Shown here in pieces: positions 30,371-39,505 of a stretch of DNA of 64,000 bases. The position numbers and the translations under genes are program-made. The stretch is from a virus (taxonomy: Duplodnaviria > Heunggongvirae > Uroviricota > Caudoviricetes > Crassvirales). Positions within the stretch are counted from its first letter, which is position 1. Every line of letters begins with the position of its first letter. The notes beneath the pieces were generated by a model. The model saw only the letters and a program-made list of their open reading frames with translations. It was not told where the DNA came from and searched no databases. The stretch covers positions 36,490 to 100,489 of IMG/VR virus record IMGVR_UViG_3300022894_000002, one strand, 5' to 3'.

Positions 30371-30402
30371 AAGAGTTGTATAACCAGGTACAACTCTTTT
30401 TA
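30371..30402 (+). terminator. Strong intrinsic terminator (perfect 10-bp stem aagagttgta/tacaactctt, 8-nt loop, then TTTT)
   Basis: Read from the sequence. Confidence 0.7.
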
Positions 30403-30413
30403 AATTAAATAAA

Positions 30414-30680
30414 ATGAGTAAAAAATCAATAACAATAACTAGAGAAGATATAGATTATAATTTAACACCAGTAAATGATTTTGTAAACATATTTAATTGT
30501 CCATTAGCTAAAGCTTGTAAAAGAATTTTAAATGAAGATAATATTACTGTTAGTTTATCTTCTATTTATAGTAATAAACATAAAATCGGAAAACTTGAAA
30601 AAGGATTTTATTATGAAGAATATTCAAATTTAAGAGATAATATAACAGATAAATTTCAAACAGAATTAATATTAAATTAA
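30414..30680 (+). CDS. Small protein of the NCPLA family, paralog of 28039..28296
   Basis: Shared NCPLAKA motif. Confidence 0.4.
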   Translation: MSKKSITITREDIDYNLTPVNDFVNIFNCPLAKACKRILNEDNITVSLSSIYSNKHKIGKLEKGFYYEEYSNLRDNITDKFQTELILN

Positions 30681-30770
30681 AATGAGTGTAACTTCAAGTA
30701 AACAAAAATATCAAACTCTTATGGAGTGGATAAAAAGTAGAAATAAAAAATAATTAAAAACTAAAAAATC

Positions 30771-31100
30771 ATGGAAACATTAAATAAACCTTATGTTAAA
30801 CAAATTAATTCTGATGGTATTGTAACTAATCCATTAGATAAACATAATCCATATATTACAAAAGGACCTTCTAGACAAGCAAGGAGATTTGTAGAACATG
30901 GAAAAGTATATAACTTAGTAGATCTTAAAGGAGAACCTACTGGAATTACTATTAGAAGAAATGGTAATAATAGTAAACCATCTTCTTATAAACCTATTTT
31001 AAATGCTGCTATTAATTACTTATTAAAATCATTAGGTAATAATAGATATTTAAAGAAATTTTTAAGAAAACAAACAAGTAAAAAATTAAAATTAGCATAA
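30771..31100 (+). CDS. Small basic protein
   Basis: 109 aa, K/R-rich. Confidence 0.4.
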   Translation: METLNKPYVKQINSDGIVTNPLDKHNPYITKGPSRQARRFVEHGKVYNLVDLKGEPTGITIRRNGNNSKPSSYKPILNAAINYLLKSLGNNRYLKKFLRKQTSKKLKLA

Positions 31101-31101
31101 A

Positions 31102-31389
31102 ATGTATATATTAGCAGTAATATTTTGTATTATTATAACTATATTAATAGCAAAATTTGATAAAAAGAAATGTATTAAGTTAGATGAAGGTGAATTTGTA
31201 ATAGAAAAACCTAGTAAATATTCTGGTTGGATTGATTATTACAAAGGTAGAGTTAATATTTATAAAATATTAATTGTATGTTCATTAATTCCCTGGATAA
31301 ATTATTTTTTATTATTTATTTCAACAGTAATTATAGTATTATTTATTTTATATTATATTATAAATAAAATTACAAATAAATTATTTTAA
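31102..31389 (+). CDS. Small membrane protein
   Basis: Two TM segments. Confidence 0.4.
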   Translation: MYILAVIFCIIITILIAKFDKKKCIKLDEGEFVIEKPSKYSGWIDYYKGRVNIYKILIVCSLIPWINYFLLFISTVIIVLFILYYIINKITNKLF

Positions 31390-31611
31390 ATGAAAATAAT
31401 AAAAATAAGTTTTTTAATATCATTAATAATATTAACTATTATATTAATGACTTTAGGATTAGAACAAGTAGCAGATTTAATGAATCATTATTTCTTATTA
31501 TATGGAATATTAATACCTATTATAGGTGGAATAACAACAATAATTTTAGTAAAATTAATCAAACAAATAATAAAACAATTTAATAATAAAACAAATGAAA
31601 AAAATATTTAA
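31390..31611 (+). CDS. Small membrane protein
   Basis: Two TM segments. Confidence 0.4.
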   Translation: MKIIKISFLISLIILTIILMTLGLEQVADLMNHYFLLYGILIPIIGGITTIILVKLIKQIIKQFNNKTNEKNI

Positions 31612-32431
31612 TTTAATCGCTTTTATAGCAATAGTAATATCAATAAGTTCTTGTACAAGAATTGATGCAGGACATACAGGATTAAAAGTTAATATGACTG
31701 GTTCTGAAAAGGGAGTTTCTAATGTAACAGAAGTTACTGGTTGGGTATTTTATATGCCTGGAGCCTCTCAAATTGTAGAATTTCCTACATATACACAAAC
31801 AGCAGATTTTGAACCTTTTACTGTTACAGCTAAAGGTGGTAGTATTTTTACTGTAGATCCCACTTTAAATTATTCACCAATACAATCTGAAGTTCCTAAT
31901 ATTTATGTTAGATATAGAAGACCATTAGATCAAATTCAATCATCTATAATTAGAAATGTTGTTTATGATGCTTATAGATTAACTGCTAATAAATTTAGTC
32001 CTGATAGTCTTGTAAATAATAGAAATAAATTTGAAGAAATGGCTGAATCTTATTTAACTAACGCCTTATTAAAAGATGGTTTTAAATTTGAAAGAATAAC
32101 TTCTAATTTAACTCCTCCAGCTAGTTTACAACACATGATTGATGCTAAAAATACATCAGTTCAAACAGCTTTAACTGCTGAAAATGATGTTAAAACAGCT
32201 GAAGCTAAGGCTAAAATTAAAGTTGCTGAAGCTAATGGAGATGCATCAGCTAATATTGCAGAAGCTAAAGGAGAATATGAAGCAGCTAAATTTAGAGCTT
32301 TAGCTAATAGAGAATTACAAGCTTCTTATACAGATAATTTTGTTAAAGTTGAATGGATTAGAACTTGGGATGGTAAACTTCCAACTACTTCATTAGGAAG
32401 TAATACTCCTATGATTAATATTTCTAAATAA
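31595..32431 (+). CDS. Lipoprotein, possibly SPFH/band-7-like
   Basis: Signal peptide plus lipobox (ISISSC). C-terminal Ala/Lys/Glu-rich helical region AKAKIKVAEANGDASANIAEAKGEYEAAKFRALANREL. Confidence 0.35.
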   Translation: MKKIFNLIAFIAIVISISSCTRIDAGHTGLKVNMTGSEKGVSNVTEVTGWVFYMPGASQIVEFPTYTQTADFEPFTVTAKGGSIFTVDPTLNYSPIQSEVPNIYVRYRRPLDQIQSSIIRNVVYDAYRLTANKFSPDSLVNNRNKFEEMAESYLTNALLKDGFKFERITSNLTPPASLQHMIDAKNTSVQTALTAENDVKTAEAKAKIKVAEANGDASANIAEAKGEYEAAKFRALANRELQASYTDNFVKVEWIRTWDGKLPTTSLGSNTPMINISK

Positions 32432-32446
32432 ATAAATAATATAAAT

Positions 32447-32476
32447 ATAACAGGATTAATTTCCTGTTATATTTTT
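32447..32476 (+). terminator. Intrinsic terminator (9-bp stem ataacagga/tcctgttat, loop ttaatt, then atttttaat)
   Basis: Read from the sequence. Confidence 0.55.
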
Positions 32477-32666
32477 AATAAAAATATTATGGAAAAGCAA
32501 GTAAAAATTAATGAATTTAGATTACCTCAAGGTAACATGTTAGTTAGAACAAGATTAACTAAAAATAAATTTATTGAAAAATTAAAAAATAATAGAATAA
32601 ATTTTATTAATAAAATGACTAATATTGAATATAATCATTTTCAAACTCAAACTTTAACTTGTTAAA

Positions 32667-35219
32667 ATGAAAAAAATAGAAGATTATAAAAATGAAAAAA
32701 CAGCTATTAAATGTGAAACTCAAAAAGAATGGGATAAAATAGTTAAATTAACTGGTAGAACAACAAATGCTAAATTTAAAGAATGGGGAGATACAATTTG
32801 TATTGATGTACCTAATTGTTCTTTTTTTGAAAATAAAGATTATATAGTTTATCCAGCTTCAGATTTCATTGAAGAAAGTATTCCAGAATATGTTAGTGTA
32901 TTATCAGGTGGAAATAATAGTGCTTGTGGTTTTAAAAGTTATCGAAAAGAAGGACAAATATTTAAAGTTTTATCTGAAGAAAAAGGAAATAATTATACAT
33001 GTTCATTAGGAGGAAATACTTATATATGTTTGGATGAAGATGGTAATAAAGCAGCTTTATGGGTTAAATTAACTAAACCATCTACAAAAGAATTGTATGA
33101 AGCTCAAAATAAAACTAAAGAGATTAATCAATTTAAAGAAGGTGATTATATTGTATGTTTAAAATTACATAATAGTTTTAAAGGAAATACTACCAAAGTT
33201 AATTTTATAACTAAACAAAGAAAAGATGATGATGCTTTAAGTGTTTTAGCTGATATAAATGGAGTTGGAAATGGTTGTTATACTCTTAAATTTGATAAAT
33301 CAAAAGATTTATTAGATTGGAGATATGCTACTAAAGAAGAAATAGCTGAATATGATAGATTAGGTAAACCTTATGATGTAACTACTTTAAAGAAAGAATC
33401 TGAATTTATTGTTGGTTGTTGGTATAAAATAACTGATTTTACAAATGGTTATAGAAAATGTTCTAATAGTAAATTAGATGGAGCTTATATGCTTTATGAT
33501 GAAAGAATTGATAGTAATTATGTTAAAGATAATGGAAGTTGTGGAGCTAATAATAATAGATTACAATTACTAACAGATCTTTCTGAAATACAAGAATATT
33601 TACCTGAAGGACATGTAGATAAAATTATTAAACCCAAATACACTTTTACTAATGGTCATGGATTTACTCTTGAAGAAGGTAAAATTTATTTTTATAATAA
33701 TGAAATATGTGTAAGATTTAATAAAGAACATTATTGTAATAGTTTGTGGACAAAATCTAATAAATATAGAAATGAATTTTGGGCTTTTACTGATAGAACA
33801 ATAAGATTAGCTACTTCTGAAGAAATTGAATGGTTTGAATTATGTGAAAAAGAAGGTAAATATATTCCTAAACCAGAAAAACAAGTTAAAATGACTAAAG
33901 AACAAATACTAGAAAAAGCTAAAAAAGATTATCCTGTTGGAACTGTATTTAAAGATATTAAATATAAAGAAGATTGTGTTATTAATGATAGATCTTTTAC
34001 TCAAACTAATAGTTATTGGCAAAATAATAATTCATTAATAATTTATTATTCAAAGATTAATGGTGATAAATTTATAGGATCAGGTTGTTATATTTTTAAA
34101 GATGGTCAATGGGCTGAGATAATTTCTAAACCAGAAACTATTAAAGAAAAAACAATGTCTATAAAAGAAATTCAAACTGAATGTAAAAAAAGATTTCCTA
34201 TTGGTTGTACTTATAAGTGTTTTAATGGAAATAATCATGTATTAAAACAAGATTCAAATACTTATAAAATATATAATGGTCATATTTATGGTGGAACAGG
34301 TCAAAGTTGTTTATATCATAATATTTATGGATTTGCTGAATTAGTATCTTTACCTAAAGTTGAAAAAGAATGGCAACCTAAGGTTGGAGATTGGGTAACC
34401 ATACTAAAAGAAGGTGATGATGGCTTTCAAAATTTTAATTCTAATTTTCATACAGGAAATAAAACTTTTAAAATAGGTTATATTTCTGATAATGGAGTAT
34501 GGAAGGAAGGAAACTTTTTAACTGAATCATCTAAAGATGAAGGTAATGGAGTATTTTATGGTAGAGTTAGAAAAGCTTTACCTCATGAAATTCCTACAAT
34601 AAAACAAGAAAGTTTAGTTGGTAGATATGTTAAATGGATAAAATCAGATAATGGTCATAATGGAGTATTAAAAAATCATTTTTATAAAATTAATAATGAA
34701 ACACCCTATAACTTTATTATTGATGTTTATGGACATACAGCTAAACCAATTGATAAAGATTATTGGGAATTAATGCATGTTGGATTTAAACCAAAAGATA
34801 ATTTTGTATTACCAGAAAAATGGTTTATTAAGGTTACTAAAGAAAATATAGTAATTTTAGGTAAATGGAGAACTCCTGGAGCTATTGGTGAAATGGATCC
34901 TAATAATCCAAATCCAAATGGTTATATTACTTCTAGTAATGGGTTTTGGACTGGTAATATTCCTGATAATCATGTTGAAATAACTTTTGATCAGTTTAAG
35001 AAATATGTTTTAAAGGAAGATAATAATTCAATTAAAACTGAGAAAATTACAGAATCTTATAGTTGGAAAGTAGTTGATTGGAGTAAAAATAATCAGAGTT
35101 TAGTTAAACCAATTACAACTAAAATAGATTTAAAAATAAAAAAGGTCAATTCTCAACCTGTTAAAAAAGAGAAAAAACAATTAATAATTAAAACAATAAA
35201 CAAATTAAAATTAAATTAA
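32667..35219 (+). CDS. Large repeat-module protein, paralog of 46498..48138
   Basis: Shared blocks include ITFDQFKKYVLKED (both proteins), YPVGT.F and EIQ.YLP..H.DKI. 850 aa with internal repeats. Confidence 0.5.
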   Translation: MKKIEDYKNEKTAIKCETQKEWDKIVKLTGRTTNAKFKEWGDTICIDVPNCSFFENKDYIVYPASDFIEESIPEYVSVLSGGNNSACGFKSYRKEGQIFKVLSEEKGNNYTCSLGGNTYICLDEDGNKAALWVKLTKPSTKELYEAQNKTKEINQFKEGDYIVCLKLHNSFKGNTTKVNFITKQRKDDDALSVLADINGVGNGCYTLKFDKSKDLLDWRYATKEEIAEYDRLGKPYDVTTLKKESEFIVGCWYKITDFTNGYRKCSNSKLDGAYMLYDERIDSNYVKDNGSCGANNNRLQLLTDLSEIQEYLPEGHVDKIIKPKYTFTNGHGFTLEEGKIYFYNNEICVRFNKEHYCNSLWTKSNKYRNEFWAFTDRTIRLATSEEIEWFELCEKEGKYIPKPEKQVKMTKEQILEKAKKDYPVGTVFKDIKYKEDCVINDRSFTQTNSYWQNNNSLIIYYSKINGDKFIGSGCYIFKDGQWAEIISKPETIKEKTMSIKEIQTECKKRFPIGCTYKCFNGNNHVLKQDSNTYKIYNGHIYGGTGQSCLYHNIYGFAELVSLPKVEKEWQPKVGDWVTILKEGDDGFQNFNSNFHTGNKTFKIGYISDNGVWKEGNFLTESSKDEGNGVFYGRVRKALPHEIPTIKQESLVGRYVKWIKSDNGHNGVLKNHFYKINNETPYNFIIDVYGHTAKPIDKDYWELMHVGFKPKDNFVLPEKWFIKVTKENIVILGKWRTPGAIGEMDPNNPNPNGYITSSNGFWTGNIPDNHVEITFDQFKKYVLKEDNNSIKTEKITESYSWKVVDWSKNNQSLVKPITTKIDLKIKKVNSQPVKKEKKQLIIKTINKLKLN

Positions 35220-35220
35220 A

Positions 35221-35637
35221 ATGGCTACAAAAGCAAAAACAACAAAAAATCAATTTAAAAGTACAAACAAATTTGTAAACAAAGCTCTTACTCATATCAA
35301 TAAGAGTGAAGCTCAAAAACAAGGAGAACAAATAGAATTGTTTGTTAAGAGAAGTACAATTGAAGTTAGGCAACAAATTTCAACAAGAAAAAGTGAAATT
35401 TCTAATCTTGAATTAGATTTACAATCAGCAAATAGTACATTAGAAATGGCTAATGAAGCTTTAGAAGTTGCAAGATTTACTCCTGCTGCTAATTTGGAAG
35501 CTTATTTAGATGTTAAAAATTCTAAGCAACAAGAAGTTCATACTGCTGAAATTGCTGTAGAAGAAGTTGAAGATGAAATTGCAAGTCTTAATGCTGAAAT
35601 TGCTGAATTAGAAGCTGTATTAGCTGATTTTCAATAA
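35221..35637 (+). CDS. Coiled-coil protein
   Basis: 138 aa with heptad-like acidic helices. Confidence 0.4.
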   Translation: MATKAKTTKNQFKSTNKFVNKALTHINKSEAQKQGEQIELFVKRSTIEVRQQISTRKSEISNLELDLQSANSTLEMANEALEVARFTPAANLEAYLDVKNSKQQEVHTAEIAVEEVEDEIASLNAEIAELEAVLADFQ

Positions 35638-36271
35638 TTAAAATATACAAATTAAATTACAAACTATTGTGGTGGAATAAGACACGGTTGAAAAGACTGG
35701 AAAGTATTTTCCATGCAAGATGAAATTTCTTGTCAAACTATTGGTTTAATTTGTATTAAAAACTTAAAAGTTGATTGAAACTTTCAATAAGGTGAAAAGC
35801 CTTTATTTAAAAATATATGGGCCTAACAGATTTTGACAGCTAAAATATATAATAGTAAGCATGTGATGTGAGGTACCCTAACATCTAAATCTATGAGTAT
35901 AAACAATAGTTAACACTATAACAAATGAATTAGGTTCAGCAATGGACTTAACTTCCAAATCTGCAATCTCTGATCTAGTATCTGGAGTAGAAGTAAAAAC
36001 TGCTGTTGAAGCAGAATTAGTAGCAGCCTAATTAATTTCAATAAAGTCCCAAATCTGTTTAACTATTAGGACTATAATAATATTAGAGATAAACTAGTAG
36101 ATTTCTAGTATAACCATCTAGAATTATTCTTGTATTAAGAAGAAAAACAAATACTAAACATGTAGAAAGTTATTAGATAGTTAGTTTGGACGTGGGTTTA
36201 ATTCCCACTAGGTCCACTAATTAATTGATAGTCAATTAGTTATATTAAAATTAACATAAAAATAAATTAAA

Positions 36272-37066
36272 ATGTCAAAATTAAATGTATTATTAGCAAA
36301 AACAGATGCCTTACAAAGTTCATTCAGAGCTATGGTATTAGATTACAGTTCTTATTTTAGTAAAAATCAAGGTGATTTTAAAGGAGAAGTAAAAACTTAT
36401 GAAAGTAAACCTGGAATGATTGATTTACCTGCTGAAAGAGGTACTAAATTAATTGTTACAACAGTAGAAGAAAAACTTCAATGGTTTGAACAAACGGGTA
36501 AAGAATATATTGATGCTTTATTTTCTCAAGAAGCTACAAATGCTTCAGGAATAGCTAAAGCAGAATTATTAGTTGATGGTAAATCTTGGGGAGAATATTC
36601 TTCTTTAGAATTATTAAGATTAAAATCTCTAATTGAAAATGGAGATATTGAAAAAATGTATTCTTCTATTCCAGTTAGAAGTGATTCTGAAATATGGAAT
36701 AAAAATACTAATGAAATTTATAAAGATAGAAATGGTATTTATGAATCAATTCCTCAAACAGGTGTTAAAAAATCAGTAACTAAAGAAAGTTATATATTAC
36801 CAGATCCTAATATTACTAAAGATAGTGGAGCTAAGTATGTACCACAAGTTGCTTCTAAAGATACTATTATTGATCTTGGAGAGTATTCTTTTCAAAAATT
36901 TACAGGAGAATGGAGTCATAGAGAAAGAGCAGGTTTATTAAGAAGAAGACAAGTATTATTAACTTCTATTATTGAAGCTTTGAAAAAAGCTAATGAAGTT
37001 GAATCTGTTAATTCTAATTTAACATCTAATAAAATATTTGATTACTTACACAATGGTAATCATTAA
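36272..37066 (+). CDS. Hypothetical protein
   Basis: 264-aa ORF. Confidence 0.4.
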   Translation: MSKLNVLLAKTDALQSSFRAMVLDYSSYFSKNQGDFKGEVKTYESKPGMIDLPAERGTKLIVTTVEEKLQWFEQTGKEYIDALFSQEATNASGIAKAELLVDGKSWGEYSSLELLRLKSLIENGDIEKMYSSIPVRSDSEIWNKNTNEIYKDRNGIYESIPQTGVKKSVTKESYILPDPNITKDSGAKYVPQVASKDTIIDLGEYSFQKFTGEWSHRERAGLLRRRQVLLTSIIEALKKANEVESVNSNLTSNKIFDYLHNGNH

Positions 37067-37197
37067 AGAAAATCACTAAGCCTTAGCATTACAATTAACA
37101 TTAAGTTTATAATCTACTACCTATATAGTAGCATTAAGTGTTGAGTGATTAGCTTTAGGTTTACTTTAAATCAATTAAAGTCATATAAATATAAACA

Positions 37198-37281
37198 ACA
37201 GAAGATTACTGGTTCAAATCCAGTCTGGGCCTCTAAATTAAAAGTAATAAGGCCCAGCAGTTTGGTTGGCGAAACATCTGT
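37198..37281 (+). tRNA. Circularly permuted tRNA gene (3' half at 37198-37232, 18-nt spacer, 5' half at 37251-37281)
   Basis: 3' half: acaga (anticodon 3' stem), agatt (5-nt variable loop), actgg-ttcaaat-ccagt (T-arm), ctgggcc (acceptor 3' strand), t (discriminator). 5' half: ggcccag (acceptor 5' strand), ca, gttt-ggttggcg-aaac (D-arm), a, tctgt (anticodon 5' stem). Acceptor 7/7, D 4/4, anticodon 5/5 and T 5/5 are all perfect. Total length 73 nt if a 7-nt loop is supplied. Confidence 0.55.
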
Positions 37282-37342
37282 ACATTAAACTTTAGATTAT
37301 ATGAAAACTTTAATTAACATATTAGTGAATATGTAACAATTA

Positions 37343-37372
37343 AGTAGGCTCGCAGGATATAAAGAGCCTACT
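37343..37372 (+). other. Strong hairpin (9-bp stem agtaggctc/gagcctact) immediately 5' of the tRNA at 37376
   Basis: Perfect inverted repeat read from the sequence. Confidence 0.4.
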
Positions 37373-37375
37373 AAC

Positions 37376-37452
37376 TGGGGAACTGATGCAATTGGTAGAC
37401 ATCTTATGAATATAGGACATAAGTAGTGAGGTTCAAGTCCTTAATTCCCCAC
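37376..37452 (+). tRNA. tRNA (anticodon undetermined; imperfect fold with an extra base at the T-stem/acceptor junction and a 9-nt or mismatched anticodon loop)
   Basis: Acceptor tggggaa/ttcccca is 7/7. D-arm gatg-caattggtaga-catc. Anticodon stem ttatg/cataa is 5/5 with the 9-nt loop aauauagga, or alternatively 4 bp plus an A.A mismatch with a 7-nt loop. T-arm tgagg-ttcaagt-cctta. Confidence 0.5.
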
Positions 37453-37658
37453 AAAAACAATAGGTAATAAATACCGGTAATCAAAATAGTAATAAGCAAT
37501 AAAAGCTTGAGAGAAAAGTACACCTATTGTTTAATTTAAAGAAATAAAAACTACTTACTGAAGATAAATTTAGAATGTCTAAAATCTATAAACTGATAAT
37601 AATTCAGATGATTTCACTATTGCTAAGAATAGTTTATTTATTGTAAGGTATTTTTATG

Positions 37659-37728
37659 AAATATTTGTAGCATATAGGCTTATGCACTGACGTAATCAGA
37701 GATATTGGTTCAATTCCAATCTTAAAAA
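37659..37728 (+). tRNA. Pseudo-tRNA / tRNA-like element
   Basis: Good D-arm gcat-ataggctt-atgc and T-arm attgg-ttcaatt-ccaat, with acceptor 3' strand cttaaaa. The 5' acceptor pairs poorly and the anticodon region folds only as a 4-bp stem with a 5-nt loop. Confidence 0.3.
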
Positions 37729-37777
37729 TAGTAATAATATTCCACTTAGAAATGGATGAGTAGTTTTTTAAAACAAA

Positions 37778-37807
37778 AAATCCTCTTAGTTAATTCTAAG
37801 AGGATTA
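37778..37807 (-). terminator. Bidirectional intrinsic terminator (12-bp stem aaatcctcttag/ctaagaggattt, loop ttaatt); T-tract on the minus strand
   Basis: Read from the sequence. It terminates the minus-strand pair 38899..37824. Confidence 0.6.
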
Positions 37808-37823
37808 ATTTTACTAATAATAA

Positions 37824-38147
37824 TTAGTATCTGCGATAACCATATACTCTACCTCTTGGATTAGCTCCATAAGGATAGTAAGGATTATAGAATTGCATTT
37901 GGTTTTGTCTTTGAGATTGTTGTTCAGATTGTTGAGGTTTACCTTGAGTTAAATCAACTTTTTCAGTTTCAGACTTTCTCTGGATATAATCACCCAACAT
38001 AGACCAAGCTTTTTGTAATTCATAAAGATACTCTGTATTATCTCCATCAATATAAGAATATTTAGCGCGTTCAATTGTATCATGAATTTTACATAAGGCT
38101 TCTTCTTCAGAAAATTTATCTACATGTTTCTTGTACCACTCTTTCAT
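37824..38147 (-). CDS. Hypothetical protein with a Q/Y/R-rich C-terminus
   Basis: 107 aa, second gene of a minus-strand pair embedded in the plus-strand arm. Confidence 0.4.
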   Translation of the reverse strand: MKEWYKKHVDKFSEEEALCKIHDTIERAKYSYIDGDNTEYLYELQKAWSMLGDYIQRKSETEKVDLTQGKPQQSEQQSQRQNQMQFYNPYYPYGANPRGRVYGYRRY

Positions 38148-38149
38148 AA

Positions 38150-38899
38150 TTAATGAACATTAGTTTGTGAATTACTAGGAGTTGCAATTAAACCTGTTCC
38201 AATTTGTACAGTTTTATTATTTTGCTTTTGTTCTTGTAAAGTTGAATTAACTAAACCAGTCAAATTAGATATTTGAGCTGAAATAAGTGAATTATCACCA
38301 CAAGCTACTTTTCTACGTAATTCATCTAATTGATCTTGAAGAGTTTTTTCTCTAAGTTCACAGAATCCACGTTCAATTTGTAAACCTAAATCACATTTAA
38401 CTTCTTTAATATCAGCTTCTACTTTACAAAAGTGATGTTCCATATTGGTGGATAAAGCATTAAGTCTATCAGTAGCTCTAGCTTCAATTTGAAGTGAGTT
38501 AATAATAGCATCCTTACCTACTATAATAGCATCCTTTTGTACTTCACAGATCTTATTATCTAAAGCTCTGAAGTTTACTTGATTATTAGTATCTTGTACT
38601 TGAATAGCAGCTTGAATTCTTGATTCAACTTTAGCAGCTTCCAAAGCAGCATCACCAACATCTTTACGTAAATCAGCTAAGATAATATTGTTATTATCAG
38701 CAGTAGTACCATTACCAAAGCCAAATCCTCCTCTACCACCAAGTAGAGAAGCTAATACTAAAGCACTTAAACCTCCACCACCAAATCCATCAGTGTATGG
38801 TAATCTGTTTGAACCAGCAGCAATAGCAGCTGCAACTAAGGCTGAATTATCAGATCCTGTGTTAATAAAACCTCCCATAGGGGGCATGTATCCTTCCAT
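38150..38899 (-). CDS. Gly-rich / hydrophobic N-terminus plus coiled-coil protein (membrane-active or virion-internal?)
   Basis: GGFINTG...ALVAAAIAAG...GFGGGGLSALVLASLLGGRGGFGFGNG, then heptad-like helices. Confidence 0.4.
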   Translation of the reverse strand: MEGYMPPMGGFINTGSDNSALVAAAIAAGSNRLPYTDGFGGGGLSALVLASLLGGRGGFGFGNGTTADNNNIILADLRKDVGDAALEAAKVESRIQAAIQVQDTNNQVNFRALDNKICEVQKDAIIVGKDAIINSLQIEARATDRLNALSTNMEHHFCKVEADIKEVKCDLGLQIERGFCELREKTLQDQLDELRRKVACGDNSLISAQISNLTGLVNSTLQEQKQNNKTVQIGTGLIATPSNSQTNVH

Positions 38900-39035
38900 T
38901 TAATTTTGTTTTTAATTTGTTAATAATATTTATTTGTTGTCTAGACATATAATATACATCAAATTGAATACCAAATTAGATGGAATTGATAAAATGGCAG
39001 ATTAAAATGACAATTTTACATATAAATAAAAAATA

Positions 39036-39227
39036 ATGACAGAAATTAAACTAGAAAAATATAAAATAGAATATTCTAATGGAGTAATACAAGAAAAGTT
39101 TTTAATTCCTAAAGATATTGAATTTTTTACTGAAAAATCTCCATTAGGAGAAGCTTTAAAAACTGGTAAATTAGTATTACCTGAATCACAAGGAGGAACT
39201 CATAAAGTTAAAATCATTAAACTATGA
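39036..39227 (+). CDS. Small hypothetical protein
   Basis: 63-aa ORF. Confidence 0.3.
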   Translation: MTEIKLEKYKIEYSNGVIQEKFLIPKDIEFFTEKSPLGEALKTGKLVLPESQGGTHKVKIIKL

Positions 39228-39505
39228 ATAAAAATAATTTAATAAAAGATAGATATTATAGATTTAAATATAGGAATTCTACTTTTATAGCTTATTATAG
39301 AAAATGTATATTTAATACTTATCTATTTGACACAGCTCAAGGTTTAACATGTTATTTATCACAGACAGAAGTAGAACAATTATTATGATAATACAATTTA
39401 GAGTTCAAGTAGGTTTCTTTTTAGAACCTATTTATCACACAATAACAGTAGAAATACCTAAATTAAGACATTCTTCTTATAATAAACAATTTAAAACTAA
39501 TAAAT

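Noticed and set aside
36186-36225. Possible tRNA at 36186-36225 (gtggg-tttaatt-cccac T-arm-like hairpin)
   Set aside because: No acceptor, D or anticodon arms can be built around it. The flanking tggac/gtcca simply extends the hairpin. Kept only as a hairpin mention.
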